A DNA stretch of 64,000 nucleotides from an uncultured virus (IMG/VR IMGVR_UViG_3300002835_009787) (IMGVR_UViG_3300002835_009787), one strand, 5' to 3'; shown: positions 11,489 through 21,043, numbered from the stretch's first letter. Translations and numbers: made by a program. The notes: a model not told the origin generated them from the letters alone.

Positions 11489-14400
11489 ATGAGTATGATT
11501 AATCGATTGAAATATGCTTTTACGCGCAAAGCAGCATGGATTTTTGTTCCATTATTTTTGATAGGATCTTTTGTCCCAGTTTCCAGTCCAGCCCAAGCAA
11601 CATTTACAACAAATACGAAGATTTCTGGGGACCAGGCATTCCTGCAGGGCGAGTTTGCTGAAGTTGGCGTACGAGCAAACGGAGCCTTTGGCTCAACGAG
11701 CGTTCCTTCGGGTTTCCATGCAAACCCAACAAACTGCCTCGGATTCAGAGTTGACCGTGAAATGGACGGCTGGGGTGAAACAACGGACGACGGAGACTAC
11801 TTCTGTCCAGGCTCACCGTTTGAAGGATGGCAAATGAAGGTTGCTGGGAGCATTGGTAAAAACGACCACTTTCAAACACTTATCGCAGGTGCAGTTTCTG
11901 ACATTCAAGACTCTGGCTCCTCGCAGTGTGTTTCTTGGAACAGTACCGACCCCTACAACGGCGTAAGTGTTTCGCAGAGGTACTGCGTTCCGACAGCTGG
12001 CCAGGCGCTTCACACTGATGTGACCCTCACCAACACGACTGGCTCTGCAATTAGTGATGTGTATTTTGGTCGTGGCTTTGACCCGGACAACGCAACTGGC
12101 TCTGGCTCTATGACTTGTGCTGGTGGAACCGTGAGTACATCAATGTTCCAGTCTTGCAACGGTGTAACTGGACAAGGAACCGAAGCACAGGCAACAGCAA
12201 GATGGGGGAATAATGCATTCATTGCACTTCAGTCATTTGATGCTCGTGCTCGTGTGGCCAGACAAACTGGTGGATTTTCTTCACCAGACCCTGCTGATAT
12301 TTGGAACGCTGGAAACACACTTGCGACTAGCGGAACATATCTTGGCAATGTTGGAGAAATGTATGCCGACGCCGGGATATACGTTGCCCTGAATGTTCCA
12401 ACACTTGGCGTTGGCGCTTCGACATCATTCCGTATTAGCTATGTGCTTTCAGCAGAAGGAAATAATGCCCCAGTTCTTGGTGCTCCAGTTGTAAGCGGTA
12501 TTGGCCAGACATCTGCGACTGTTGCTTCAACAGTAAACCCCAAGGGGTTCTCGACTACTGCGACACTGGTCTATTCAACTGATCCAGATTTTGGCACTTC
12601 AAGTTCGGTATCAATGGGAACTTTCACTGGTTCAAATGAATTAGCTATTGATGCAGAGATTACTGGGCTTGACCCAAGCGAAACCTACTATGCAAAGATT
12701 GTTGCAACCAATGAAACTGGAACAACAGAGTCTGCTGTATTTGACTTTGACACTCTTTCAGCAACAGCGCCAACCATTTCCTCAGAAGCACCGACAGTTG
12801 TCGTGGACGATGGTCCTGTGACACTGACTGGAACAGTTAATCCAAACGGTTTTAGCGCTACGGCAGTATTCCAGTACAGCACTACATCAGACTTCTCTGG
12901 AACTATAGTTGATGTGCCAGTTGCTGGAAACTTGACTGGAACATCAGATACGAGTGTTTCTACGACTGTTTCTGATTTGACTGGCTCAACTACTTATTAC
13001 TATCGCCTAAAAGTAACCAACGCTTCTGGAATAGCATACAGTCCAACTGTTTCTTTTGTACCAAACGATATTCCTGCCCCCACTGCTGCTTACCTGAATC
13101 CAGTTACAAACTTGACTGCTGTTGCAAACGCAGATGGCAGTGTTGACCTTGATTGGGATGCATCGGCGGCAAGCAATACCGCTATCTACGGTTACTCGGT
13201 TAGTTTTTACGACCTAACCGTAATTGGTGGAGCAACATCAGGTGGTTGGGGAGTTTGGACTAATCAAGGAACCAACTACTCGTTGAGCACTGGGATGTTC
13301 TCTGGAAGTAATCCTGTCACGACTGGATACGGACCAGTTCGTTTCGGTATCAAAGCGGGAAATCAAAGTTGCTTTTCTAATGCAGGCGTAGGTCCATGTG
13401 TGTACGGTCCTGAAGTAACTGTTGATGCAACTGTTCTTGACCCGACTCCTGCAACTACAAGCACCACAACTACTATTCCAGGTCCAATATATACCGACCC
13501 AGTAGACACTAACCCGGTATACACTGAGCCAATAAACACTGAGCCGGTATATACAGAACCTATAGACACAGACCCAGTTTATACGGAGCCCATAGGCACT
13601 GATCCCGTGTATACCGAACCTATAGATACTGATCCGGTAGTAGTAATAATTCCACCAGATGATTATACCGTCACAGACATAGAAGACAACGAGCCAATCA
13701 CGACAGTCATATTGGACAATATTCTTGAAAATACGTTCACTACTGATATTGAAGCTGACGAGGTTGGTGCCGTTCTTGACACACTCCTTGGCGCAGAACT
13801 TACCAACGCTCAGTTTGACAATGTCCTAGAAGCCGTGTTCACCGAAGATGTTTCGGCAGATGTATTCACCGAAGCACTAACAACGATGCTAGACGCAGAC
13901 ATCACCAGCGCACAGTTAACGGCGGTTTTGGATTCAGCATTCTCCGAAGATACTTCTGCCGAGAATATGGTTTCGGCTTTGGTATCAATCTTTGATGGTC
14001 CGCTTAGTTCTAGCGACTTAGACACAGTTATGGCAGCCGTATTTGACGAGGACATTTCGGTTGCGGACACCATGACGGTTCTTGGGGACTTGCTTGAAAC
14101 AAACCTGAGCATGTCAGAAACAGAAGCAGTCTTTGACAGTGTGTTTGACGATGACCTCTCGGATGCAGAAACCATTGAACTTATCGTTGATGTATTAGAT
14201 GACGAACTCACCTCAGAATTATTGAACGCTGTTCTTGGTTCGGTCTTTGACGAAGAAGTGAGCAACGAGGTTTTGATTGAAACCTTTACCGCTGTCTTGG
14301 GTAATGAACTGAATGCCGAATCAGTCGGTGTCATCGTAGATGTGTTGGAGTCAGATACAATTACAAATGACCAAGTATCACAAGTTGTTGACTTGATCAC

Positions 14401-15127
14401 GGGTCAAGAGGGTGGTATCGAGGCAGGTCAATCAGCTGAGCTGTCTGCAAGTCCTAAGGTTCTAGAAAGTATAACCCCAGATCAAGCCACAGAAGTGTTT
14501 GCTGCCCTAGATGTGGCAAATGTATCACCAGAGCAAGAAGCCCAATTGGCAGAAGCCCTCACTAATGCACCAGACGATATTAAAGATGCTCTTGAGCAAG
14601 AAGTCGATATCTACGGAGAAGGCTTTGACGACTATGTTGCTGTAGGTTCCCAGGTTGACGTAGGAAGCCGTAGAACGCTTATAGCAGCCACCACAGCTGT
14701 TGCTGGCGTAGTTGGAGCTGCAGCCACAGGAGGAGCTTCTGGGGGCTCTACGGGCGGCTCTGGAGGTAGTTCTGGAGGCGGCTCTGGAGGATCTGGTAGT
14801 ACTAATACTGAAGGACGCAGCAGGCGAGAAGAAGAGGGTCAAGAAGCAGCCGGAGAAATTGCCGGCCCAGAAGAAGACGAAAACGAAAAATTCACAAGAA
14901 ATAGTATATTTAAATACGAGGAGGGTACAATGGAAAGAAAGTTCAACTTATGGGGCTTCATTAAGAAGTTCGCTAAAGAAACAGCTGGACTATCGTTTAC
15001 ATTAGCAGGTAGCGTGGTAGTATTTATTACACTGTCAGGTGACACAAGAAAGATAGCTATGATAGCTACTGGTGTTGCTTTGGCTGTGCATTACACGCAC
15101 CAAATGCTACAAAATGATGAGGACTAA
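11489..15127 (+). CDS. large secreted, membrane-anchored surface protein with FnIII-like domains and acidic helical repeats
   Basis: signal peptide ending AQA, FnIII-like repeats (TVNP.G...Y, GL.P..TYY), D/E-rich repeats, two C-terminal hydrophobic helices; GGAGG RBS. Confidence 0.75.
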   Translation: MSMINRLKYAFTRKAAWIFVPLFLIGSFVPVSSPAQATFTTNTKISGDQAFLQGEFAEVGVRANGAFGSTSVPSGFHANPTNCLGFRVDREMDGWGETTDDGDYFCPGSPFEGWQMKVAGSIGKNDHFQTLIAGAVSDIQDSGSSQCVSWNSTDPYNGVSVSQRYCVPTAGQALHTDVTLTNTTGSAISDVYFGRGFDPDNATGSGSMTCAGGTVSTSMFQSCNGVTGQGTEAQATARWGNNAFIALQSFDARARVARQTGGFSSPDPADIWNAGNTLATSGTYLGNVGEMYADAGIYVALNVPTLGVGASTSFRISYVLSAEGNNAPVLGAPVVSGIGQTSATVASTVNPKGFSTTATLVYSTDPDFGTSSSVSMGTFTGSNELAIDAEITGLDPSETYYAKIVATNETGTTESAVFDFDTLSATAPTISSEAPTVVVDDGPVTLTGTVNPNGFSATAVFQYSTTSDFSGTIVDVPVAGNLTGTSDTSVSTTVSDLTGSTTYYYRLKVTNASGIAYSPTVSFVPNDIPAPTAAYLNPVTNLTAVANADGSVDLDWDASAASNTAIYGYSVSFYDLTVIGGATSGGWGVWTNQGTNYSLSTGMFSGSNPVTTGYGPVRFGIKAGNQSCFSNAGVGPCVYGPEVTVDATVLDPTPATTSTTTTIPGPIYTDPVDTNPVYTEPINTEPVYTEPIDTDPVYTEPIGTDPVYTEPIDTDPVVVIIPPDDYTVTDIEDNEPITTVILDNILENTFTTDIEADEVGAVLDTLLGAELTNAQFDNVLEAVFTEDVSADVFTEALTTMLDADITSAQLTAVLDSAFSEDTSAENMVSALVSIFDGPLSSSDLDTVMAAVFDEDISVADTMTVLGDLLETNLSMSETEAVFDSVFDDDLSDAETIELIVDVLDDELTSELLNAVLGSVFDEEVSNEVLIETFTAVLGNELNAESVGVIVDVLESDTITNDQVSQVVDLITGQEGGIEAGQSAELSASPKVLESITPDQATEVFAALDVANVSPEQEAQLAEALTNAPDDIKDALEQEVDIYGEGFDDYVAVGSQVDVGSRRTLIAATTAVAGVVGAAATGGASGGSTGGSGGSSGGGSGGSGSTNTEGRSRREEEGQEAAGEIAGPEEDENEKFTRNSIFKYEEGTMERKFNLWGFIKKFAKETAGLSFTLAGSVVVFITLSGDTRKIAMIATGVALAVHYTHQMLQNDED
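13484..13638 (+). repeat. intragenic 30-nt (10-aa) tandem repeat, about 5 copies, PVYTEPIDTD-like
   Basis: PIYTDPVDTN/PVYTEPINTE/PVYTEPIDTD/PVYTEPIGTD/PVYTEPIDTD with diverged codons. Confidence 0.85.
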
Positions 15128-15129
15128 AT

Positions 15130-15288
15130 ATGAGTAGATTACTTTTAAACAAAGATGACGCAAAACTTGCTAGTGTTAAGGCATCGGTTGAGTCACTATT
15201 ATCAGAGGTAACAAAGCAAAATAGAGAGCTGTTCACTCATCAAGAAATTGAAAATATGTTATTGGATATTTATAATTTAGTTGGTTAA
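15130..15288 (+). CDS. small hypothetical protein (52 aa)
   Basis: MSRLLLNKDD...IYNLVG, starts 2 nt after the upstream stop; GAGG RBS. Confidence 0.65.
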   Translation: MSRLLLNKDDAKLASVKASVESLLSEVTKQNRELFTHQEIENMLLDIYNLVG

Positions 15289-15324
15289 TTTTTTGCTTGT
15301 TAAAAAAATAATAATGATAATATA

Positions 15325-16188
15325 TTAGATAATGATATCATCAGGAGTCAGGCATCGCCCAGTTTTCGTTTCATGATCTTTGATATAATTATATAATTTA
15401 TAATCTAAACTATTGATATTTTTATATATTTCTATTTGTTCTTGCGAAAGAAAAGATTCTGGATCGTTATATTCTGATCTCTGTTCAGAATATAATCTCT
15501 TATTTGCTACTACCTGTTTATCTAAAACAATATTTGTTTTTTTTATTTTATTTAAAGAAGTCTCTAATTCATTTAACAAATATGTTCTATTTTCCAATGT
15601 AGAAAGTTTTATATTTCTTTTTTTAATTATTTTTAAAATTTCCTGAAAAGATATTTGATCTTCCCCTATATTACTGTAACGAAATTCATCGCCCTGCATA
15701 TTGCGCCAAAGAACTTCAACGATACCACTTTCCTCTTCTTCTATGCGTCCCCAATCATAATCACCTAAAAGGTATAGGCATTGAGTATTGCAAGTTTGAT
15801 GTAATAAAAAATTTTTTATTTGATAAATTTTAATATTTACCCAATCTAAATGACTGGTATTATTGTTCATATAGTAAAATTCACTAATTGATCTTTCTAG
15901 TGGATCTCTAACAATAGAAAACGTTTCTAGACTTTCGTTGTAGGGTTCAATATGCGGGCTGGAAAAATGATGTCCATAAAAAAAATCTATGTTTGAATAA
16001 CACTCTTTCACAAAAAAATTATAATCTGCCTTATCTAATTTTTTATTAAAAAAAGGATCGTAATGCTCAATATCGGGTTTACGAAGAATTCGTAATTCTT
16101 TACAAAAAGCAGTGTAGATAGAATTTGATATTGAGGTTCCAGATGTCCTTGGAATGTGGCAAAAATATATCACATGAAAGTATACCAC
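15325..16188 (-). CDS. sulfotransferase family 2 protein
   Basis: HIPRTSGTS (5'-PSB loop) and RDPLERSISEF (3'-PB). Confidence 0.75.
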   Translation of the reverse strand: MVYFHVIYFCHIPRTSGTSISNSIYTAFCKELRILRKPDIEHYDPFFNKKLDKADYNFFVKECYSNIDFFYGHHFSSPHIEPYNESLETFSIVRDPLERSISEFYYMNNNTSHLDWVNIKIYQIKNFLLHQTCNTQCLYLLGDYDWGRIEEEESGIVEVLWRNMQGDEFRYSNIGEDQISFQEILKIIKKRNIKLSTLENRTYLLNELETSLNKIKKTNIVLDKQVVANKRLYSEQRSEYNDPESFLSQEQIEIYKNINSLDYKLYNYIKDHETKTGRCLTPDDIII

Positions 16189-16268
16189 ATGTAGTTTAAA
16201 AACATGCTAGTATATAACCATAATTATGGCATTGCTAAGTGCGCTAAAAAAAGTTTGTTTATTTAAAA

Positions 16269-16907
16269 CTAACGAACCCAAATTCCTAGGCGTTCTAATT
16301 CTTCGCCGTTATCGCTGATAAAGCGGTATCCATCTCTGATCAGGTGGGTGTAATGAAAGTTAACATCAAAGTTTTCTGGGTGTTCATCTTTCCATACTGG
16401 AATCATTGATGTATTCTTATGTGAAAAATCGCTATTGCCACGCAGGTGTATCTCAATTAATTTTCCACCAATAAACTCACAATTAATTTTTTCATACCTA
16501 AGAGGAACGAGACCTAAAAAGTGTGGAAGAGGATGTGTTTGTTCTGTTTTTTCCCAGTAAGTAAATCTTTTGTATGGATGTTTACTGTGTTTAGTCCCAA
16601 CGACAGATAATATTGGTTCGTATTTTTTATAATCAACACTGATGTGTTCGCCGGTAAATATTTCGCACCAAAATTCTCCAGGGTGCAGATGGCATGTATC
16701 TTGTTCAAGATATTCTACTCGGGCTCTCTCCCCCATACCTTCAATGTTAATAACTGGCTTTACAAAATATTCACCAGGTTTTGGTACGGGTATACCACGT
16801 GGCCCGCATAAGTGGCCAGCTTTTTTGGCAACAATTAATTTATCAAAAATCCATAAATCTTCTAATGAACACGTATTCCACGCATTCATTTCTGATGAAA
16901 TATTCAT
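16269..16907 (-). CDS. ATP-grasp-fold protein
   Basis: YFVKPVIN..GMG, EIFTGEHISVD, NCEFIG..LIEIHLR; start placed at MNISSE just after the upstream stop. Confidence 0.55.
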   Translation of the reverse strand: MNISSEMNAWNTCSLEDLWIFDKLIVAKKAGHLCGPRGIPVPKPGEYFVKPVINIEGMGERARVEYLEQDTCHLHPGEFWCEIFTGEHISVDYKKYEPILSVVGTKHSKHPYKRFTYWEKTEQTHPLPHFLGLVPLRYEKINCEFIGGKLIEIHLRGNSDFSHKNTSMIPVWKDEHPENFDVNFHYTHLIRDGYRFISDNGEELERLGIWVR

Positions 16908-16908
16908 A

Positions 16909-17190
16909 CTACTCTTCGTCGTCTGGGATCCCGTTACCGTTTTTATCTTCTTTATTGCCACCAGTAGAAATCATTAATCCAGCTAGTGTTCCAGTAATAA
17001 ATGTCGCAATGCTGGACAAAACACTAAAAAACATTTTGTCATTTTCTGCTTGAGCTCCAATTGGCTGCGTAACAAATACAAGAGCGTAAATGACTCCAAT
17101 AGTTGTAAGGGTTAAAACGGTTGCCATAACGCAACCAACCACAAACTTAAGTCGAGCATCAAGTTCTGCTGGTGTTAAACGTTTTTTCAT
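16909..17190 (-). CDS. two-TM membrane protein (holin-like/lysis region)
   Basis: MKKRLTP..., two hydrophobic helices; ATGA-coupled to the upstream gene. Confidence 0.6.
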   Translation of the reverse strand: MKKRLTPAELDARLKFVVGCVMATVLTLTTIGVIYALVFVTQPIGAQAENDKMFFSVLSSIATFITGTLAGLMISTGGNKEDKNGNGIPDDEE

Positions 17191-17396
17191 GGGGCGACTA
17201 TCTCCTGTGTTGTTGTTGTTTCGTTTGGATTGAATCCAAGTAAAGTTTCTGTGCAGTTTCCATCTACTCTGCATAATGGCGGATTGCACTCTTCTGCTTC
17301 CCATTTTTCTGGGTCCTGACAAGAGTATCTGTAATTTCCATCGTAGCCACATGCAGATAAAATAAGTATTCCAAATGCTAAAAGCACTTTCTTCAT
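17187..17396 (-). CDS. small Cys-rich lipoprotein
   Basis: signal peptide with LSAC lipobox; 4 further Cys. Confidence 0.7.
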   Translation of the reverse strand: MKKVLLAFGILILSACGYDGNYRYSCQDPEKWEAEECNPPLCRVDGNCTETLLGFNPNETTTTQEIVAP

Positions 17397-17650
17397 TTGG
17401 CATCTGCTGCTTTTCTAACTTTTTTGTCTACTCCATTAAAGACTTCATTTATTTCTGCAACAGATAATTTACCGTCATCAAGAAACGCCCTAGATAAACC
17501 TTCTACTACAGTTGCTACGCCAGCAATACCTGCCATGAAAATGGCTTTCCAGAGTGGCACACCGGCTATTGTGCCAGCACCAATTACGCCTAAGCCCGAA
17601 GCTGCGAAAGTCGCAACAATGCGCATTATAATATTTTTAATTTGTTCCAT
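17393..17650 (-). CDS. putative holin
   Basis: 85 aa, two TM helices, charged C-terminus; GGAGG RBS. Confidence 0.6.
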   Translation of the reverse strand: MEQIKNIIMRIVATFAASGLGVIGAGTIAGVPLWKAIFMAGIAGVATVVEGLSRAFLDDGKLSVAEINEVFNGVDKKVRKAADAK

Positions 17651-17707
17651 ATAATCCCTCCTGTTTGCTGGGATTATAGTAATTGCCTATACGAGATACA
17701 CCAGTTA

Positions 17708-17854
17708 CTAGCTAGTTGGCTCGACGCCCACAGACTTTAAAAAGTCGTCTTCTTTTTTCCACAAATCTTTAAAGAATAAATCATAGTCAATAAGTTCAGG
17801 ATCATAGACATATTCTTCTGGTTTTTCAGAGTCATAAAAATTTTCTTGATTCAT
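17708..17854 (-). CDS. small acidic hypothetical protein (48 aa)
   Basis: MNQENFYDSEK...; AAGGAA RBS. Confidence 0.5.
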   Translation of the reverse strand: MNQENFYDSEKPEEYVYDPELIDYDLFFKDLWKKEDDFLKSVGVEPTS

Positions 17855-17865
17855 ACTATATTCCT

Positions 17866-18111
17866 TTATGGTTCTATAAAAATGCACTCACCAGGGCATT
17901 CTTCGGCTGCTTCAATTACATCTGCAAGCCTATCGTCTGCGAAATATGCCATTCCAGCTGCGCCTTCTGGGTTCCCCACAGCGGCCGCATAAATCTTGTC
18001 CCCTTCTTTTACATACGCAAGACCATCTGGCATCATGTGGAATACATCTGGTGCTATCTCTGCGCATAGTCCATCTCCAGTACATAGGTCTTGGTCAATC
18101 CATACTCTCAT
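17866..18111 (-). CDS. ferredoxin (actinobacterial single-cluster type)
   Basis: MRVWIDQDLCTGDGLC.EIAPDVF...AAEECPGECI. Confidence 0.9.
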   Translation of the reverse strand: MRVWIDQDLCTGDGLCAEIAPDVFHMMPDGLAYVKEGDKIYAAAVGNPEGAAGMAYFADDRLADVIEAAEECPGECIFIEP

Positions 18112-18491
18112 TACTCACCGTCTTCTTCTTCGTCATCTTGAGATGATCCAACAACTCCATCGGGTATAGCCGCTAATCTGCAATAGCCTCCAGGTTGAAT
18201 TCTTTGTTTAACAATTTTACAAACAGATGCTGATTCATGAAGAATACAATTCTCGCAACGTACCCCGATCTCGTAATTCTCATTTTCTGCTTCAGGAACG
18301 TACCCAACCCAAATGCCGTTACCGTCGTTATTTGAAAGCTTACCATATTTTTTTACGATTGCCAATAAAGAATCAGCGAATTCTCTCTCAGCTGGGGCTA
18401 CTGTGCCCTGCATGGGCTCATTTTTCATCTCGTTAATATTTTTAACTAACGATTTTTGATAGTTAACGTCAGAAAGCCAGTAATTTTGCAT
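18111..18491 (-). CDS. HiPIP-like 4-Cys domain protein
   Basis: Y...CENC...CKIV...I.PGGYC pattern. Confidence 0.55.
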   Translation of the reverse strand: MQNYWLSDVNYQKSLVKNINEMKNEPMQGTVAPAEREFADSLLAIVKKYGKLSNNDGNGIWVGYVPEAENENYEIGVRCENCILHESASVCKIVKQRIQPGGYCRLAAIPDGVVGSSQDDEEEDGE

Positions 18492-18507
18492 ACTGCTATA
18501 GTAGCAC

Positions 18508-18711
18508 TTAAGCTTTTGGTATGCAATTTCTAGTGCAATAAGTTATGTTGCCGTGCTCATATACAAGGCCTCTGTTAACTTTACTATTGCAGGTGGGGCA
18601 GATATGAAAGACGCCCTTAGCGGCACCAATATATTTAATTATCTTACCAATCTGTTCAGCTTGTTTTACGTTTCCTGACGAATTAACTTTAGCTGGTTTT
18701 TTGCCGGCCAT
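18508..18711 (-). CDS. small zinc-finger protein
   Basis: CPTC...YCTRNC. Confidence 0.55.
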   Translation of the reverse strand: MAGKKPAKVNSSGNVKQAEQIGKIIKYIGAAKGVFHICPTCNSKVNRGLVYEHGNITYCTRNCIPKA

Positions 18712-18765
18712 GGTACACCTCCTAGATTATTAACATTTGGCTATAGTAATAATCTGAGGGAAAAA

Positions 18766-19164
18766 CTAAGATTTAAAAGAAGCTTTTTTCTTTGCTGCTA
18801 CGCATGAGGCACATTTGCAATTTTTATCTTTATATCTTTCTGGGCTACCGTGTCCAAGTAAACTGTTTTCTCTCGAAGTTTTCTCAATATGGTGTGTCTT
18901 ACATAGGACTTGGCACTTAGCCAATTCTTTTTCTCTAACTTCTTTTCTGCGGCTCCAAATTGTAGCTATTCTAAATTCTTTTTTATCAGGATCAATATGG
19001 TCTACTTCTAGACCTTCCCAAGAACCACAAACTTTACACGGACCATTTTCTTTAATCCATTGAGTTCTGCGAATTTGCAACCATGTTCTTTGATACTGTT
19101 TTTTGTAATCAACTTTATTTAAGTTTTTTTCTTTTAATGAAATTAAAATTTCTTTCATATACAT
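18766..19164 (-). CDS. HNH endonuclease
   Basis: CKVCGS...LEVDHIDP...KCQVLCKTHH..KT; HG...Y...CKC..C tail. Confidence 0.85.
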   Translation of the reverse strand: MYMKEILISLKEKNLNKVDYKKQYQRTWLQIRRTQWIKENGPCKVCGSWEGLEVDHIDPDKKEFRIATIWSRRKEVREKELAKCQVLCKTHHIEKTSRENSLLGHGSPERYKDKNCKCASCVAAKKKASFKS

Positions 19165-19176
19165 TCTTTCTAAAGG

Positions 19177-19249
19177 AGCGGTTGAAGGGATTCAAACCCT
19201 CACAAAGTAGGTCGGAAACATACTTGCTCTATCTTTAAGCTACAACCGC
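19177..19249 (-). tRNA. tRNA-Gly(TCC), somewhat degenerate
   Basis: GCGGTTG/CAACCGC acceptor, loop TTTCCGA, T-arm GAGGG-TTTGAAT-CCCTT; one anticodon-stem mismatch. Confidence 0.75.
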
Positions 19250-19302
19250 AAATCTAATCTATCATCCATTGGGAATTTAAATATCCACCAAGTCTTGAAC
19301 TT

Positions 19303-19515
19303 TCATTGAAACCGATCATTAATAATTTTATTTACTTTTTCTAAAGTATTTGGGAAACGACTACCATAGTCAAGACTAAGCTTAAGTTCCCAAACAGCAT
19401 CTGTAATTTTTCGAGCAGATACATTTAAGTTTTCTTCCGGCACAAAGTCATTCTTTAATGCTTTGTATATTTGTTGGTATATATCAGTGTATCCAATGCT
19501 CATATTATTCCTCAT
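19303..19515 (-). CDS. hypothetical protein
   Basis: co-oriented, tightly packed ORF. Confidence 0.55.
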   Translation of the reverse strand: MRNNMSIGYTDIYQQIYKALKNDFVPEENLNVSARKITDAVWELKLSLDYGSRFPNTLEKVNKIINDRFQ

Positions 19516-19876
19516 CTAATTCTATTGGTTTAAACCCTACCATTTTTTCCCAGCTAGTAACAGAAGACTGTTGGATTTTTCCGTCTGTAAACTTAAGATC
19601 ATACTCTAACCAATATCTACAATCTTCGGAAGGTATGGCTATATAAGTATAGCACCTAACATGTTGATGTACATAATGTTCTTCATATTTATCGCCATTT
19701 TTTAGATACATAAACCCTTCTCTATCAAGGTAGTAAACATCTAACATGCATTCAAAATCTTTAGTTTGAAAGTTGTCCGCAGCAATTGCGTTTTTAATAA
19801 AAACTATATGTTCGCTTGTAGCGTTCTCGGGTAAAGGTAAATCATAATTTACATCTAGATAATCAAACATTCCCAT
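19505..19876 (-). CDS. conserved phage hypothetical protein (MGMFD...FQTKD...FTDG type)
   Basis: recognisable phage motif pattern. Confidence 0.65.
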   Translation of the reverse strand: MGMFDYLDVNYDLPLPENATSEHIVFIKNAIAADNFQTKDFECMLDVYYLDREGFMYLKNGDKYEEHYVHQHVRCYTYIAIPSEDCRYWLEYDLKFTDGKIQQSSVTSWEKMVGFKPIELDEE

Positions 19877-20151
19877 TATTGCCCCAATAAAATTTATCGA
19901 TTGTTTCGTTGTGTATTATACTATCATCATGGATAATAAGAAAACTTGGTACGAATCTTTTTTTAGGTATTTGTTCCGCTGTAGGCCATATTTTTACCTA
20001 GTAACCCAAAGGATGAGACCAACAAAAGTTGGCCTCACCCTCGGAGAGCATCTGACTTCGTATGTACAGTATAGCATGTGGTCCGCCATCTGAGGCACTA
20101 TTTAAAAAACATTTTTTTGAGTTAACAAAAGACATTGTCAAACGATTTAAT

Positions 20152-20250
20152 TTAATCGTCGTCTTCTACTCCGCGGTCACCGCAGAATGGGCTTTGGGGG
20201 ATGGGTCCAGAGCAGGCACAGGGGTTGTTGCGTTGTCCCGGGACTGTCAT
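20152..20250 (-). CDS. small Cys-containing peptide (32 aa)
   Basis: MTVPGQRNNPCACSGPIPQSPFCGDRGVEDDD; purine-rich upstream. Confidence 0.4.
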   Translation of the reverse strand: MTVPGQRNNPCACSGPIPQSPFCGDRGVEDDD

Positions 20251-20256
20251 GAGTCT

Positions 20257-20490
20257 TTATCTTTCCTTGACTGATCTTGAATATGCTCTTTGGATTCTTT
20301 GGTAGAATTTGAGATCTACGTTGCCTGTAGCAAACTGATCTATAAGTTCCATCATGTCGTCCATTAAGTCAGAATCTTTGTTTCTTAAAAAGGTTTCTGC
20401 TGACTTTTGCATTTTCATTCCCTCGTACTTCGCTTGAAGTTCTGAGAGTGTTTCTTTAAGTTTCACGATTTCCTCGTTGTTCTGTTGCAT
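20257..20490 (-). CDS. hypothetical coiled-coil protein
   Basis: ORF with heptad pattern. Confidence 0.55.
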   Translation of the reverse strand: MQQNNEEIVKLKETLSELQAKYEGMKMQKSAETFLRNKDSDLMDDMMELIDQFATGNVDLKFYQRIQRAYSRSVKER

Positions 20491-20689
20491 ATTATTTTAT
20501 ATAGTGAACAAAGGCTTGTTTCCGTAAACTAATTTGAATAATAAAAATAATATTTCTTGGAATAAAGATATAAGAAATTTTAAGTCTGTAACTTTAGAAA
20601 TAATTTTTTTAAAGTTATCTTTATTAATCATAGTTTGCACGGAGTGTCCTTTGTGAGATGAAAAGAGTAGTGAAAATATAATATATTAA

Positions 20690-21043
20690 TTATGCTTGCG
20701 CGTCCTGCCGACTAAGGACGAAGGGGATGTAGTTTCTGGCATTGTTCTTGCACCAGTGCATGGGTTCTTCCATTAGGCCAACAAATGTTTGGAAAGTTGA
20801 TTTGCAATGCGGACAGAACCAGGAGTTCTTACCTTTGTATTTGACAGGTGTCTTAATACTTGTGTCCAAAACCTTAATGGTAGGCTTTCGTAGGGACTGG
20901 TCTTCTATGACGATTCTAGAGGCCTTAGAAGCTGTCTGAGGGGCAGATAGACAGTTAGGGCATAAGCGGGGTTTACGTCCTCTTGTTTGTTCTCTTCGCC
21001 ATGATGACTGGCACTCTTCGCAAACTAAACTTTCTTTAGGCAT
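20690..21043 (-). CDS. zinc-finger protein
   Basis: CEEC...RGRKPRLCPNC; CPHC...HWC; GGAG RBS. Confidence 0.65.
   Translation of the reverse strand: MPKESLVCEECQSSWRREQTRGRKPRLCPNCLSAPQTASKASRIVIEDQSLRKPTIKVLDTSIKTPVKYKGKNSWFCPHCKSTFQTFVGLMEEPMHWCKNNARNYIPFVLSRQDAQA

Noticed and set aside
13484..13638. 30-nt periodic repeat as a CRISPR array
   Set aside because: It is an in-frame coding repeat with synonymous divergence and no unique spacers; I saw no CRISPR array or cas gene in the window.
4870..14842. Many - strand ORFs opposite the large + genes (e.g. 13810-14400, 7662-7943)
   Set aside because: Antisense shadows of low-complexity or codon-biased coding sequence.
19911..20093. + strand 54-60 aa ORF with a possible leaderless promoter, and a sense/antisense pair
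   Set aside because: The -10-like sequence is equally explained as the promoter of the - strand gene at 19876; the peptide is unconvincing and only one hairpin supports an RNA.
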